Shown: positions 23,220 through 37,723 of the stretch, one piece after another | How the letters are laid out: each line of letters opens with the position of its first letter | Position numbering within the stretch: position 1 is the first letter of the stretch | Position numbers and translations under genes: made by a program | Source of the DNA: a virus | Lineage: Duplodnaviria; Caudoviricetes | Length of the DNA stretch: 64,000 nucleotides | Reading direction: 5' to 3' (one strand) | IMG/VR virus record: IMGVR_UViG_3300032007_000078 | Coordinates: 4,118-68,117 of that record | The notes under the pieces: generated by a model | Databases searched by the model: none | Seen by the model: only the letters and a program-made list of their open reading frames with translations | Told to the model about the DNA's origin: nothing

Positions 23220-25017
23220 TATAATAAATGAAGAGTTTTCAGATCTTACTACAGCTATTCTTAGTGATGGGAGTTAGATCTACAAGGCTTCTACATCTTG
23301 GTTACCTTCCGGAGATTTTATTCAGACGGGATTTGATTGGTTTCCAGATAAGATTAAGTTTACTGACTCTCTTAAGATATCTGATTTAGACTTAGAGAGT
23401 TCGGAACTTATAGGAAATGAATTACCAGACCTAGAGAGAACAGAACTTACTTTATTTCCTACATTATCGAGTGAATCTGGAAATAATAATAAATTCTTTG
23501 GTTCTTTCTTAGATCAATCATTAGAGACTTTTGGATTTAGTTTCGGAAGTGGTATAGAGTGGGCCAAGATATATGAAGATTCTGGGGATGAGGAATATTC
23601 TATAATGATTTAGTTTGATGATTCTGAGATAGATTCTGAAAAATTAGTATTTATTATAGTTTCATCTATCGAATCTTAGTCTGTAAAAATAAGCTATAAT
23701 CTTTGGTTGTCAGATAATAATGGTAACTATAAGATGAAGGATCTAGTATTACGAAATGATGACTTCAGAGAAAAAGTTCCTCTTACTATAGATGATGAGA
23801 TGACTAATTTCTCTTTCTCTAGTATATCAGGATCTTTGGTTGGGACAAAAAATATAACAGATCATCCTATTTTTGATAATAGAAATAAACTTAAGAAAGA
23901 AAAAAATATTTGGTGTCCTACTAGGGTTTATGGTTTAGGAGAGAAAGTAAAATTAGGTAAAGATCAGAAAGTTTATGAATCTATTTTATCTAGAAATCTT
24001 GGTAATCATCCCTGTACTTCTGGAGCATGGATAGAGAGTGGATTTATTGAGAGATGTCTAAATAGAACTGCTCAGGTTGTTGTAGATTATAAGACGAATC
24101 CTGGTACGATAAGTCCATATGGTATTATCAACTATCCATATAATATAACAGATTCTAGTGTTCTTTTCTCTAAGACATTTGATTATACAGAGAGTACAGG
24201 TTATTAGCTTAAGGGTGTCTCGATAGATGGTGAACACTTAGTTGGTCCAGAGGGCTACTATATAAATACAACTTCGAATAAGATAGTTGTAAATAAACCT
24301 GTCTTTACTTCAATAATTAATTCTGGTTATCTATATTTCTTATTCTCTAAGATAATTGGAAAGATAAAATTATTTGCTATCGAGACAGGAGAAGATACAA
24401 GTTATATTGAGATAGAGAACTTATTAGAAAGAAGTGATTGGAAAAATATAATAACAGATCCTTACACTTTAGTTCAAGATATTAGGTATACTACCGGAGA
24501 ACCAATTAGTATAGAAGAAGCTTTTGATACAGAAACAGAAACTGGAATAGAGCTTGGAAAGTCTATAGAGCTAAAGGAAAAATACGTAGGAGAAGAAGAA
24601 CTTAAGTTATCTAGAATCTTAGTAAAGTATTCTGAGGATAAGACATAGAAAGTTAGAGAAATAACTGACTACTATACTGAGGAAGATAGTATAATAAAAT
24701 TAATAGATAGTTTTGAATATACTACAGAAACAGATGGTAGTGAAGTTTTATATCCTCAGTACTATTTCTACTATGATCCTATGACTTATAAGATCTTAGT
24801 TTATCCTGGTTATGGTATAGAGGTTTCTGTTGATTCTGTAACTGTTAATTCTGGATCTTCATTTGATCTATATTTCTACACAACAGTATCAGGAGAACCA
24901 GTTATAGAAATAGATGGAGGATCGTATTAGATTTCTGAGATATCTTCTGGGAATTACAAAATAAGTTTAGAAAATATTAGAAGTAATATAGGAGTAACTA
25001 TTTATGTTAATCAATAA
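23209..25017 (+). CDS. hypothetical virion protein (602 aa, code 15)
   Basis: One frame through TAGs, overlapping both neighbours. Confidence 0.65.
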
Positions 25018-26131
25018 TAAACACGTACAAGGAATTTTTCTATATACGGAAAATTCTAGTTAGGTTGAGTTTGAGAAGAATGATTTTGTAGTTTCCGGAG
25101 ATTGTATTTACTTATGTACTGCGGAGAATCCAACAAATAAGGTCAATAATACTGTTTCAGGTATTGATCCCGCCGATGATCTTAGATATGAAAATTTTAA
25201 ACCATATCCTGGAGAAAGAGCAATTACAGCTGAAGAATATTTCAAGGCTATAAGTAGTGGATCTGATGTAGAGGATAAGTATATTTCTAGTCAAGCACTT
25301 CTAGGAATTCTTCAGAGATATAATTTTGGATTATCTATGACGGGAATTATAAAAGACTACATAAAAGAAGGAGAGACAAGTTTAGTTTTAGGCTATGATA
25401 CTTCTTCTCCATTAGATGACCTTATTCTGACAAAGGATTTAAATAATGGTGTAGTTTATGTAGATCCCGCCTTAGAGCAAATACAAAATGGAGTAACCTA
25501 CAACGGAAGTAAATTTTCTGTATTATTTGGATTCTCTGAAAATACAAGAGTAAAGGATTCAGAATATAATTTAATTCTCAGACAATATACTTATTAGGCC
25601 ACAGATACAATAAAAACAAGAGTACAAGAGTTAGTAAATCCTTTTGATGCTGTTGTTGTATTTAGATATATCACATGGGAAAACGATGATTTTCCTGGAG
25701 ATATATCATCTATTAGTGGTTGGAAAAGTTCTTATTCATATTCTAAAGCAATCAAAGATAAAATAAATACCTTAGAGTTATTTTATCAAGATTCTCAAAA
25801 TCAATGGGAATCTAAGTTTAATACTCTAGCCGGTATGTTTAGATTTAAGAAAGAGATAGTTATAGATGAGACTTATTCAGATTTAGAGGAAGGAATTTAT
25901 ACTGTATCTGTTTCTAAGACAGAGAATAACGGTATGATTTGCACAGATACTATTACTGTTTAGATTAATCCTTCTATAACTGGTCAGAAGTATTGTATAT
26001 CATCATTTGGTCCCTCTTATTATGTAGAGATTGAGGCATTAGGTACTTAGGGTTTAGCTAGACTTAAGGTAGGGAGGGACTCAATGTTGTTTAAGATAGT
26101 AGAAGTATACGGGAGAAAAGAATATGAGTAA
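25004..26131 (+). CDS. hypothetical virion protein (375 aa, code 15)
   Basis: One frame through TAGs, overlapping both neighbours. Confidence 0.65.
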
Positions 26132-27017
26132 TGGATTAAGAATTATAACCTCAGATATTCCAGAAAGAGAGAATGAACTTTATATCTCTTCTGAAAATAC
26201 TGAATATTCTTATCTTGCCTATAAAAATGAAGCTGGAAGTATAGTTGGTTTGTTATCTGACGGAAATCAAAAAACTAGACCTATTCATTGTACAGAGATG
26301 AAAAACATGTTAGATCAATGTGGAACTCTAACTGGTGGATTAGTTTTTATGTATCCAATAATAAGAGGAAATGATATTACAAATATTATTCCTCACTATG
26401 CTCCTCCAGTTTTAGGTATTAATTCTGAAATATCTATAATCCCAAGAATCTCACCAAACGAAATTAATCGCTTAGAAGTAAATTCATATACTAGAGCTGG
26501 AGTTAGTAATATAGATCTAGCTACAGTTAATTCTAGTATTAGGTTATGTGATTCTTGGACTACTGATGAAGAATAGGACATTGATGAAAACTATATAACT
26601 CCAATTTATCAGGAACATATAGGTAATAGTGGAAAAGTAATTACCGGACTATCAGGAAATTATAGTTCAGATTTAGAAAATTATTACTCTACTATATCAT
26701 TAATTTCAAATTCTGACTATACCGACACATTAGATATTTCAGGATATATAAAAAATATATAGTTACCTGAGATATCTGGCAAGATTGATATAGGAATCTC
26801 ATACTACAAAGATAATGAGATTTACTTAAGCACAAAGACTTTCAGCGCATTTAATTATTCTTCTCTAAATTATCTGAATATACCTAATTATATAGTAAAC
26901 ATAAATTCAGATATTAGGTTAGAGTATTTAGATGGCGTGATTAAGTTATATTCTCTGAAAAATACAATCTCAGAGTATATTATAAACGATTGTATATTAA
27001 CTTATGGAAATCTCTAA
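26124..27017 (+). CDS. hypothetical virion protein (297 aa, code 15)
   Basis: Reads through 2 TAG to TAA; overlaps the next start. Confidence 0.65.
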
Positions 27018-28509
27018 TTTAGGTTATACAAACTTTATCATTGGATCTGTAAAGACGATTACAGATAGCTTATAGATTATATTGTATAGTAAATCCACAT
27101 TTTCCACAAGAATTTCATTATATAATCTAAATAGTTTTTATCTTACTCACTTATCTGGACCCGACTCTACTAATCATGTAAGACTAAGTAGGTCCAGTAA
27201 TAAAGAGTATTTTGAATATAATAAAAATTTAGAAAACGGATTTGATGTTATTGTTTATATAAGCTCTTCATTAAATACTCCAGTAGGTTATACAGAGTTC
27301 AATAATATACAAGGAATAGGTATTTATATTAATATAGGATTAGATTTTGAAAGAACTAGTGATAGCAGAGATACATTAAGTATTGATACTTCTGTTTATA
27401 CTAGTGGAAATTCATTGGTAAAAAATTTAGGTGGTAATGAGTTAGATCAGTATACAAGAGTTCAAGATCTACCTAAGTCTTATCAAAATCCATTCACTAC
27501 AAGTTTAAGTAGGATAGAGACAGATCCTTTTAGTTATATTTTATCTAGAGATTTTATTATTGGAAATGGAGAATTTAAAAGATTAGGGATAAATAAAAAT
27601 ATAAATGTAGATCCTTATAATATTGGATTTACAAAACATGATATCTGTTTTTATAATGGTGATCTAGTTGTAGTATCTTGGAATAATACAAAATATAGTG
27701 TTATATCTTTAACTCGTACAAATTCTTTCGGTCTTCCTGTAACATATGTAAAACCGGGAGAAGAGCTAGTAGATGAAATAGAAAGTCTAGGTAGTAGATA
27801 CTATTATAGTAAGTCTGGAAGATTAATAGATATAATTACTCGAGAAGAATATATAAAATCTAAAAAAGATAATATTCTAGTATCTGATAAAATTGACTCA
27901 AAAGGAATTGTATATGAGTTGCCAACATTTTTCTAGAAGAAAGATGCATTAGAGTATATTCCTGAAATTAATAATATTTACCTCGATCTTGATTATTACT
28001 TTGAGTCTTATCAGCTTACTATATTTAGAAAAATAGGTTCCTGGTTTATACTAAGATAGAAATACTCAGGAAAATATTTATATCTAGCAGTATCTTCAGT
28101 TTGTTCAGTATATTTTGATTATACCGATCTTGAGAATATTATGTTTGTAAATGATCAGACAATAATACTTAAGGAGGATGATTACTATATGATTTATAAC
28201 AGACCTGGGGAGACTTATTATTCTGAGAAGGCTAGATTAATTGTTGAAGGTGGAAAATTAAACAGTTATGATGAAACAGGGATCTTAATGTGTATAACGG
28301 GAAACTCGGAGTATGATGAAAATCATTATCTGGAATATTATGGAAGTCAAAAAATTTCTGTTATATTTAAATATGAAGATCTCTATAAAACAAAATTAAA
28401 TTCTTATAGAAGAGGTATCTATCCTAATAAAAATGGAATTCCTGATTTAGTTTGTTCTATAGGAGGATTAATATTCTATAAGATTGATTCTATAATTAAT
28501 TATTTATAA
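27004..28509 (+). CDS. hypothetical virion protein (501 aa, code 15)
   Basis: Fragments 27082 and 28141 are in frame; the stop overlaps the next ATG. Confidence 0.65.
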
Positions 28510-31500
28510 TGAGAATAGTATTTGAATCATCTTTTCTCCAAGACTTAAGGAGAACTGACAATATAATTGAAATGAATAAATACAGTTACTCAGAGATAGA
28601 AACTGTATATGAGTCTGCTATTATCATATTTGAAAGTGAAACAAAAATTCTTAAGCTTAACCTAGATGATGATGCAGATAAATCAAATGTATCGACAATA
28701 AGTTTTTACTATAAACAAAAAGGAGTTGAAGGTGATTCGAAATTGGCTTTTACTATATATCTTGATGGTTCTATACTAAATCCAAAGAAAAATATATTCG
28801 AAGTTTCATTGGATTTTGAAAGAACTATATATAATGAGCCAATGGATTTTACACCAGAAACCAAGGTAATAATATCAGGAGAAAAATTTCAGATAGGATG
28901 TAAAGATAAAATAATTCTCTATAATGAACTCTCTGAGGAAGAAAATTATATAAAGATTACTACATCCGATGAAATTCTTTTTGAAGGTATTCCAGAAAGT
29001 AATATGATTCTTGATTATAATGAGAAAATAAATCAAAGAGGTATAGTTATTACTGGAAATAATTTTAGATTAGATAAAATAAAACTTGATCTAGAAAATT
29101 CAGTAAAGTCTACATTCTTCTGTCCCTCTCTAAATCAAGATAATAAATTTCTGTTACAACCTTCAGATTATGGAACAAGCTTGTATAAAGATTTTAAGAT
29201 AATAGAGACTAAATTAGTATGGAAAGATTCTTATAAAAAATATGCTAACACTGAAGGACTAAATTCTGAAAGTGATGCTAAAATTATGGAATCTAGATAG
29301 GGAAATTTTATAACACCTTCCAGATTTATTAGGTCTTATTCTAATCTTAGTCTTTATACTCAGGGAATGGGTTTAGATGGTATAAATGAAGTAATCAAAG
29401 TACAGGAAGATCAAATTTCGGAAATGCCAGAAAATATATATCATTGTTGGGATTCTCCGATGATCGATAGTATAGAAACTGAAGAAATTCCAGTATGTAT
29501 TGAGAAGTATGATAAATTTCTAAATCCAAATGAAGTATTCTATGGTAATCCTGATACTAATTACCTACAATATCTAAAAATAGAAGATCCTGAAGTTTAT
29601 GCTATAAAGGTAATAGGTCTTCCAAACTCTATCATTGAATTTAGATTTAACAAAGAATCTGATAAAGGAGATTATATAAGTAAATAGATAACTCTTGATG
29701 AAAATGGTGAGGGTAAAGTAGATATTGATAAACTGGATTTCGTTCATCTAAATAATATAAGAACTATAACAACTAATAAAATTAAGAGCATCTATTTTGT
29801 AACCAAGATAGAAGTTGATAAAGTTATATTTGTTCCGACAGGTGAAGGAAATATATATTTAAAAGATGTAAGTGTCGATACAGAATTCCTAAACATTAAT
29901 GGAAGCTGTGATTATATAGAATATGAGATACAAGGAGATACAATTAAAGAACATAGTAGAGGAAGTATATCTGTAAGTTCTATACCTGAAGTTAATATAG
30001 AATTAATAGAATTTGGAGAACTTAACTATACTATAGATCGTCTTTTTAAGAGAATTAATCTCAGTCCTTCTATTACATCTGGTACAATTCCATATGCTAT
30101 ATTTAGACTTTCGATAGATAATAACTATGTATACGATGGAGTTGAACTTAAGACAGAAAAATTAACATCCGATATAAATTTAAAGATTAGATAGCTAGTT
30201 GAAGTAGATGTATATTGGAAGTTAAATTCTGTACCTGATTATTATGAACAAGAAAAAGGATTATTTATATTAGAAAATTAGATAATAAAAGAAAAAATAA
30301 TATATCTAGAAACAAATGATCCTAATCTATTATTGAATCGAGAACTCCTAAAGATAGATTCGACATATACAGATCAAGAAGTCCTAGATACATTTAATAT
30401 AGAAATAGATATAGTAAATATAGTCTACTCTGAATCTAAATACCTAATACCTATAAGAGTAATCCCAAAAACTATAAATCAATCTCCTAGTTGGATTCCT
30501 TCGATATCTGGCATTCCTGGTTTACTATGTTTTTCTTACTAGGATAATATACTCTCAGGTTGTCAGTTTTATCTAGTACAAAAACCAACAACAGAAAGCT
30601 TATAGATTTGGGATTGTATAACTGGTGACTCTTATTCTAGTTGCTATAATGAATCTCTTGATGCTTATAGAATAGAATTAACACCATCCGAAACTTATAG
30701 AAAATTTATAATAGTTTCTGATAATTCTTCTTTAGATAGTCAAACTTGGTATCATATCAAGAGTAGTTCTAGTGATTTTGAAATTAGATAGAATGATATA
30801 ACACCAGATATAAAAACTAGAGGTACTATAATTTATAATGCCTATGGTTCTGATATTATTCATCTTTCTGATAGTAGTGCTAGAAGTTATCTTTTCTGTG
30901 GTCTAGAAGTAACAGAGGATTTGGAAATTGGAACATTCGAAATTTCTACTTCTTCTGTTAGTAGTGGTTGGAGATCTATTGTAATGTCTAATAATGTAAA
31001 AGTTAGTGTATTCAGAACTGCTCAAGAAAATCAATTCTCTGCAACATCACTTTTAGTTAATGGAATTGGTGTCTACTCTTCTGAGGTATATACTAATTTT
31101 AAATTCAGAGCTCATTGTTCAGAAGATAGCGGCATTAAGATTTTTACAGACCCTAATACTCTATCTAACGATGCATATTATTCTGAACTTCTCTATGATG
31201 GATATTTTGTTATTAGATTTGCAGTAACTAAATGGCCAATAGATATACCAGAAAATGACTACTTAATAAAAATATATAACACTGATTCTGATATTGCTTT
31301 TACAGGAATTGATATTATTGGTGAAGATTCAGAATTAACTTAGAATTATATAGACTCAGATAAAACTATTTCTAGAAGATTGTTTTTCTTAGATAATGAT
31401 AATTCTATTTCAAATCAGATAGAAACAGAAATTGTAAGTAATAGAACACCAGATTTTGATTTCTTAGATAATCCATATTCTTCTGTAATATCTGGTTTCT

Positions 31501-34500
31501 TACAGTATGCAACATTTACAGAGTATACATATAGAAAACATAATATTAGATTTAACTTAAGTAGACCAAGTAATAGTATTTATAATTCTTATTTCCCAGT
31601 CTCTAAGTTTTCATCGATAGTTAGTAATTAGGAGGGACTTAAGTTTTATACATACGTTAAAGGATTTACTAATAAAGTTTGGACAGATGATATAACAGAA
31701 TATACGGGTACAGATAATGATAAACTAGAATCTTCGTTACTTAATAAAAAGAATACAGAGTTTAATGCTTATTTTGAATACAATGAAGGATCAGAGAGGA
31801 TAATACGTGTTTTCTCCAGATATATAACTTCATGGGATAGTATTTGGAAATTTGAGGACTCTTCTTTCTTTATGTTAGGTAATGAACATGTGAGACTAGA
31901 AGATTATAGTAGAGATTGGTAGTATTTTAGTAATTCAGATACAGATTTTACTAGATACTATAAAGATTATAAATTAGTAACCCTTCAAGATAACCTAGGA
32001 GGAGATGCTATTTATATGGGATCTGTTACTCTAATCTCTATGGTAAATTATGATAATCTTCAGAATAACATACAATCTTATCTATTACAAGAGAATGATG
32101 AACTTGTTAGTGATGAAGATATAGATATTAATTATGCTAAAAATAATATCTTACCTGTATCAATTGAAAATATAAAAATTAATTTCTATCAACTTGGTAA
32201 ATTAGATAGAATTGAAGTAGAAGATTTAACTCCATTTAATGCTGTCGGAGAAAGAAGACAAGTTGCAGTTACAGGAAGTACTAGTGTTACTGTACTTAAT
32301 GCTACACCATCACAAACTCAAAATTGTAGTGTAGAAAGTCAAATTTCTTCAGGTAGATTAAACTTATCTATCGTTACCTATCCTAGAGTTAGTAGTGGAA
32401 TCTTAACAAATAATTTTAATAGCTTAGTTCAGTATATTGATAGTTAGGCTGTAGGTTTTAAGATTAACATCACTTATAAAAACTCGGTAGGAAAAATAAG
32501 GTATTATGAAAAATTACTGGAGACAACACAAAGCGGATTTTCACAGGTTTTAATGGTTAGGTCTGGGTCAGGTGTTACTTACTATGCTATCGGTCCTTCA
32601 GAAGATACTACAATCGATATCTTAGAAGTAGTACGACCTGAAGGAGATACAGTAGAACTTTTATGTGGTATTGTAGAAGTTAATAGACAAGGACCAATAC
32701 AAGGAACATACATAAAAGAACCTGATGTAACTTGGATAAAGAATAGTGCAAGTTATCAATTTAGTACTAGCACATATTCTGACTCCGCCACAAACCTTAC
32801 TATTAATTTCCCGGCTAGAGACATAGGAGACTCGGTACTAAAAGAATATATAGTAAGGTTAGATGATCCAGATGAAAGATTTAATACTTCAGGATTTAGA
32901 ATTAGATTTGTTCAAGGTGGTGTAAGTTATTATGCTAACTTTGAAAGTTCTGAGGTCGATGTTCTTTCTGATGGTACAGTCAATGGTAATGCTGGATATA
33001 TCTATTTCACAACTAATATTCAAGAGTATAATGTAAGTAATATTGTCTTCGAGTCAGATACACTTGAAATAGTCGACTGGAATGATCCTATTAAGATTAC
33101 AAGACAAAGATATGGAGTTAAAATTTGGTTTACCCCTAATGGATCTGGTAATTTTAAATATGGATCTCTTAGAATAAACTATCTTGATAATATACTGGGC
33201 TCTACAATGGCAGTACAAGGTCATTTCTCTCTAAGGCTCAAACCATATGAAGCATCTTATAGTTTAGTACCTGTAGATAAACAGAGGGTATATCATGACT
33301 TAGATCTACATAATTTTATAGCTATAGATGAGGATGTAAACTATATAACAAGTACTGATAATCCGGTAATGACAGTATTTGATAGTAATGATAACTTAGG
33401 AATATCTATAGGACTTACTTCTTAGGTATCTGGTGGAAATCTTTATTATCCTACTTCTCAAGACGTAAATTTAATAACAGTAATTAAATATATTAGTGAT
33501 TCTACCGAATATATAACAGAAAGTTCAGGAAAAGATCATCTTGTTGCATTAGATCCTGAAAAGTATATCGAGTCAGTAGAAATATTAGCTAAATCTGGAT
33601 GGGAAGGAGACTCACTTGCTGTAACATTCGGAGATCTTGAACTAAATTATGAACCTGACTTAGTATATTCTGATTTTGTATTACCTCCAGGATCTACTTC
33701 AACTTGGTAGACTGGAATATTAGATGTACCTTCAGGAGTGACAGAAACTTTGACGTTTACTTCTCCAGATTACCTAAATTATTGTGGAGATAAATTAACG
33801 TTTACTACACTAAATCCGACTAAATTTAATATAGTAGTAACTTATAAAGATGGAATGGTTGATAGTAAGGTAGAAGATACGGCACTCAGAGAACATTCAA
33901 TAATTCTCAGTAACAAAAAATTCATAAGTAATATTAGATTAGAAAACTTAGTTGGTAATATATCATTTACAGATATAGAATTACTGAAAAATGATACAAC
34001 ACTTAGTCTTTCTGAATTTATTGCTGTCGGAGATGAAGTTACATGGGATTCTAGTAGATATATTCTGAGAACTTATAGTCTTTCTGATTATATATACATT
34101 GATTTAGGTAACAATTCTAAGTATGAAGGAAAGTATATATAGAATCAGGTTTATCTTGAGACTACTGAAAAAACTAGACTTCATGTTGTAATAGAATATG
34201 TAGAGTCTAATGAAATTACAGATTATACAGATTCTACTTCTACATACTATCATCATATATCTATACCTAGCTTAACAAAGATTTCTAGTATAAAAATCTA
34301 TAATGAAGTAGTAGGAAGAATTCAATTCTCTAAAGATATAGAACTTAACCCTATCGAATATAATCCACAAGTCATTTATGAAACCAATCTAAATGATCCA
34401 GGACTCGATATTGTATATGCATCTACTTCTGAAACACCTAATATCTCTTCAGTTACGCATACAGTTCCTTGTAAGACAGAAAAAGATAATGGTTCTAGTA

Positions 34501-34922
34501 TTTATAAAATCACTAGAAAAATATTTTATCCAGATCTATTATTACAAGAACCAGGAGACTCAAGTGTAATAAGCTTAAGAGATGAAGGTTTGGTAAGTGG
34601 AAATTGGGTATTAGATGAAGTAACTTGGGAAAATAACTCTGGAAAAACATTAGTATCTGAATTCTTTGATGCTTATGGTGGAGTTTTAGTAACTGAATCC
34701 TCTGAAAAAGATTATGTATACTCTAAGAATATTCCATATTTTGAGAGTACATATGTTGCTAAAAGTGAGTATATTCCTATTAGTGTTACCGTTACATCAA
34801 TATTTAAAGTTATAGTAAAAAATACAAATTCAAGACATGATTATCAGCATCTTGGATCTAATAATACTCAAACCTTTAGATTCGGATATAAACTTGAAAA
34901 AGCTGCTGAACAACTAACTTAA
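28509..34922 (+). CDS. very large beta-rich tail/baseplate protein (2137 aa, code 15)
   Basis: Nine track fragments (28509, 29367, 30333, 30921, 31380, 32016, 32553, 33738, 34590) share one frame; eight end in TAG and the last in TAA. Not every gap was read codon by codon. Confidence 0.7.
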
Positions 34923-34941
34923 ATAAAGTCTATACGATAAA

Positions 34942-35634
34942 ATGTTTTTAGAACACATTAAAGATCTGACAGAATCATTTATAAAACTTGATAAGAAAAT
35001 TGGTTTCGTCGGTCTTATTAAGTATTCTCTATTAATTCTAGTCATTTTTTGTATATTCAATTTTAAAGCGGTTATTAAGGGTGGGATTGAGATAGTTAAT
35101 GATATCCAAGAAGAAATTCATAAAGAAAAGATAGAAAAGAGGGATCAACTGTTGGCAGAAATGATCCCTCTTCTAACAGAATTTCGAGCAGAATTGGAAG
35201 CTGACCGAATCTTATATTTTGAATATCATAATACAAAAGAAAATCTTATTGGAATTCCTTTTAAGTTTATAGATCTAGTTCTTTAGAATAACCGTTATGG
35301 AGTCCAACCTATTCCAAATCCAACTTATAGAGATATTAGTGCTGGAGTCTTAACGGATATATATGAAGTTATTAAAGATGGAAAAGCTATCTACTGTGAA
35401 GGAAAAGACGATACTGAATTTAAAATAGAACATCCAGGAGCTTATCAACTTTTTATAAATGATCTTGATGGTTCTTCTCATTAGTTATTTATAAGCCTAC
35501 CTGGAATTAATCAACCAATTGGTCTCATCGTTATAGAATGGATACATAAACCTACCGAAGACCCTGAGGAGATTAAGAAAATCTATAGATCATATATACC
35601 AAGAATAAACGGACTTATTCTATCTAAACAATAA
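34942..35634 (+). CDS. putative holin (T4 gpT-like: one N-terminal TM segment plus soluble domain), 2 TAG
   Basis: Hydrophobic segment LIKYSLLILVIFCIFNF, then RAELEADRILYFEYHN and a GAF-like IGLIVIEW ending; TAGs at 35284 and 35482. Confidence 0.55.
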
Positions 35635-35647
35635 ATTGATTTTAACT

Positions 35648-36085
35648 ATGGAAGAAATTTTTGAAGACGTTACTTGGGGACCTATCGGAAAAGATATAGT
35701 TCCTTCACCAATCTATCAGGTTTATAGAGTTAAAGGAACCTGGATTGGAGACGATGAATCACTTTGGTATTCATTTGAACCCGGTGATGATCTGGAACCT
35801 TCTGAAATCGCAATTGTAGATAAAGATAATCCAGAAATTACTTATACTAAAATTGAAGCTAATAAGTACGGAATAACTGATAACAATGAGATTATTCTTG
35901 TAACTATCACACCATCTTCTCAATTGGCAGAGCTTTATCCTGCTGCTATTGTAAAGGTCGATGGTAAGAATTTCGATCTGGCTCTTCTTAATAAAAATCT
36001 CGAATTCTTTATGAACAAAAATCATAGAGTTAGTATCGAGTGGACAGAAGATTTAGTAGAAACATTTAGGATTATTAAAGCGTAA
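35648..36085 (+). CDS. hypothetical protein
   Basis: TAG-free ORF ending TAA. Confidence 0.7.
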   Translation: MEEIFEDVTWGPIGKDIVPSPIYQVYRVKGTWIGDDESLWYSFEPGDDLEPSEIAIVDKDNPEITYTKIEANKYGITDNNEIILVTITPSSQLAELYPAAIVKVDGKNFDLALLNKNLEFFMNKNHRVSIEWTEDLVETFRIIKA

Positions 36086-36112
36086 GTGGGCAAAAACGCG
36101 CTTTAAAGAGTC

Positions 36113-36124
36113 TTAAATCCTTAT
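36113..36124 (+). promoter_or_regulatory. candidate phage promoter motif TTAAATCCTTAT, followed by a long hairpin
   Basis: Same core as 18355, 54026, 61935, 53112 and 61647; stem GAGAGAATAGAT/ATCTATTCTCTC (about 36129-36200) follows. Confidence 0.5.
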
Positions 36125-36221
36125 ATTGGAGAGAGAATAGATTTTGAAAACTAATAGAGATACTAGTGAATAAGGGTAATACCACAAGATCTATTCTCTC
36201 TTTTAAAACCTTAAGATATTT

Positions 36222-37709
36222 ATGGCTGATATAATTAGAATTGCTCGTTCTAGTGTCATTAAAAATACTAGAAAAGATGCTATACTGTTCTTAGATAAAT
36301 GTAATCATCTTATAGGTCAATAGTGGCAAGTTAGATATTATAGTAATGAAGAACAGAATGAAATTGATACCGTTGTAGCGATTGGAGTTAAAAATGGTAC
36401 AGGAAATGATTGCTATAGGGTAATATCTTATGGTACAAGAACAGCAATCGTTTCAGTTACAGATATAATTCCTGACGTTTCGGAACTAGCTCATGGAGAA
36501 GTTGCCGTTGTAAAAATTGATGACGAATGGTACTATGTTACTGTTACCGATAATACAAGACACTTCGATAAAATCACTGGAGGACCTTATGTTTACTATT
36601 GTTTGAGTGATGGATACCTTTGGTTCTATAATGAAGGAGTACTAAGAAGAGAAGACGACTTCTATACAAGGGAAGAACTAGAAGATACGTTTGTAGGGAT
36701 TAAAGATAAACTCGACGCTATTGATTCTGAACTACTTAGAATTAATGACGTCCTCTCTGATTACTCAAATATACTCAGAGAACATACTGAATTATTATAG
36801 GAACATAGTGAGAAACTAAAAGAACTTGAGAATACTTGTTTCCCACTTGTAATTAGCTATAATACAACTCCTACCTCGACTATATTTGCTTCAGGTACTA
36901 CTAATGAAATAACAATTGACTTCTAGGCTAAAAAACTTCAGTCTGATGGTATAACTTATTTAGATGTTAGTGATATCTGTAAGTTCTATTATAAAAAAAG
37001 TACAGAAGAAGAATATACTTTAGCTACTAATCCTCTGACTCTTGAAGTTACTGGTGAAAATGAAGATGTTGTTTATAATATCATAGGTGGTAATGAAGAA
37101 ACATTTGGAAGTCTTAGGAGAGCTGAAGATTTAACTTTAACTTTTGGATATAGAGTTTTCTCTGGTGTTACCTCTGGTGAAATAGAAGATTTTAGTGATC
37201 TATTACCATCTGATCCTAGAAAATAGGATATCTACTATGATATTACTATAACTTCTGGAATCAATAATTATACTACTTTCGCACTTCCTACAGTTTGGGG
37301 AGATGTATATAAGATAACAGATAATTGTGGTACAGTAGATTATACAGAATCTTTTGAAAAATTATCTCAAACTTATACTGTCTTAGTTGATGGTATAGAA
37401 GTAGAATATACTGTTTATAGATGGTGTTCTAAGCCAACAGTTTTGAGTAGTTTTACCTACAGATTTTATAATAAATTAGGTGATTCTTCTGAAGAACCTG
37501 AATATATACCTACAGAGTTCGATGAGCTTAAGAGAAGAGTAGATATTCTTGATTCTGGTGTAGATACTGAAGGATCTGTTAAATATCAAGTTGAAGAGGC
37601 TAAGAGAGATCTTATCGGTAAAATCGTAGATCCTTCCGACTTAGATACAATTAATGCTTCTAAGAACTTGGTAGATGAATCACTGACATTTATTGAATTC
37701 ACAGATTAA
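36222..37709 (+). CDS. tail fibre-associated protein (495 aa, code 15)
   Basis: Fragments 36603 and 37443 are in frame; C-terminal module shared with 41375-41809. Confidence 0.7.
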
Positions 37710-37723
37710 AATTTCTTGATAAT

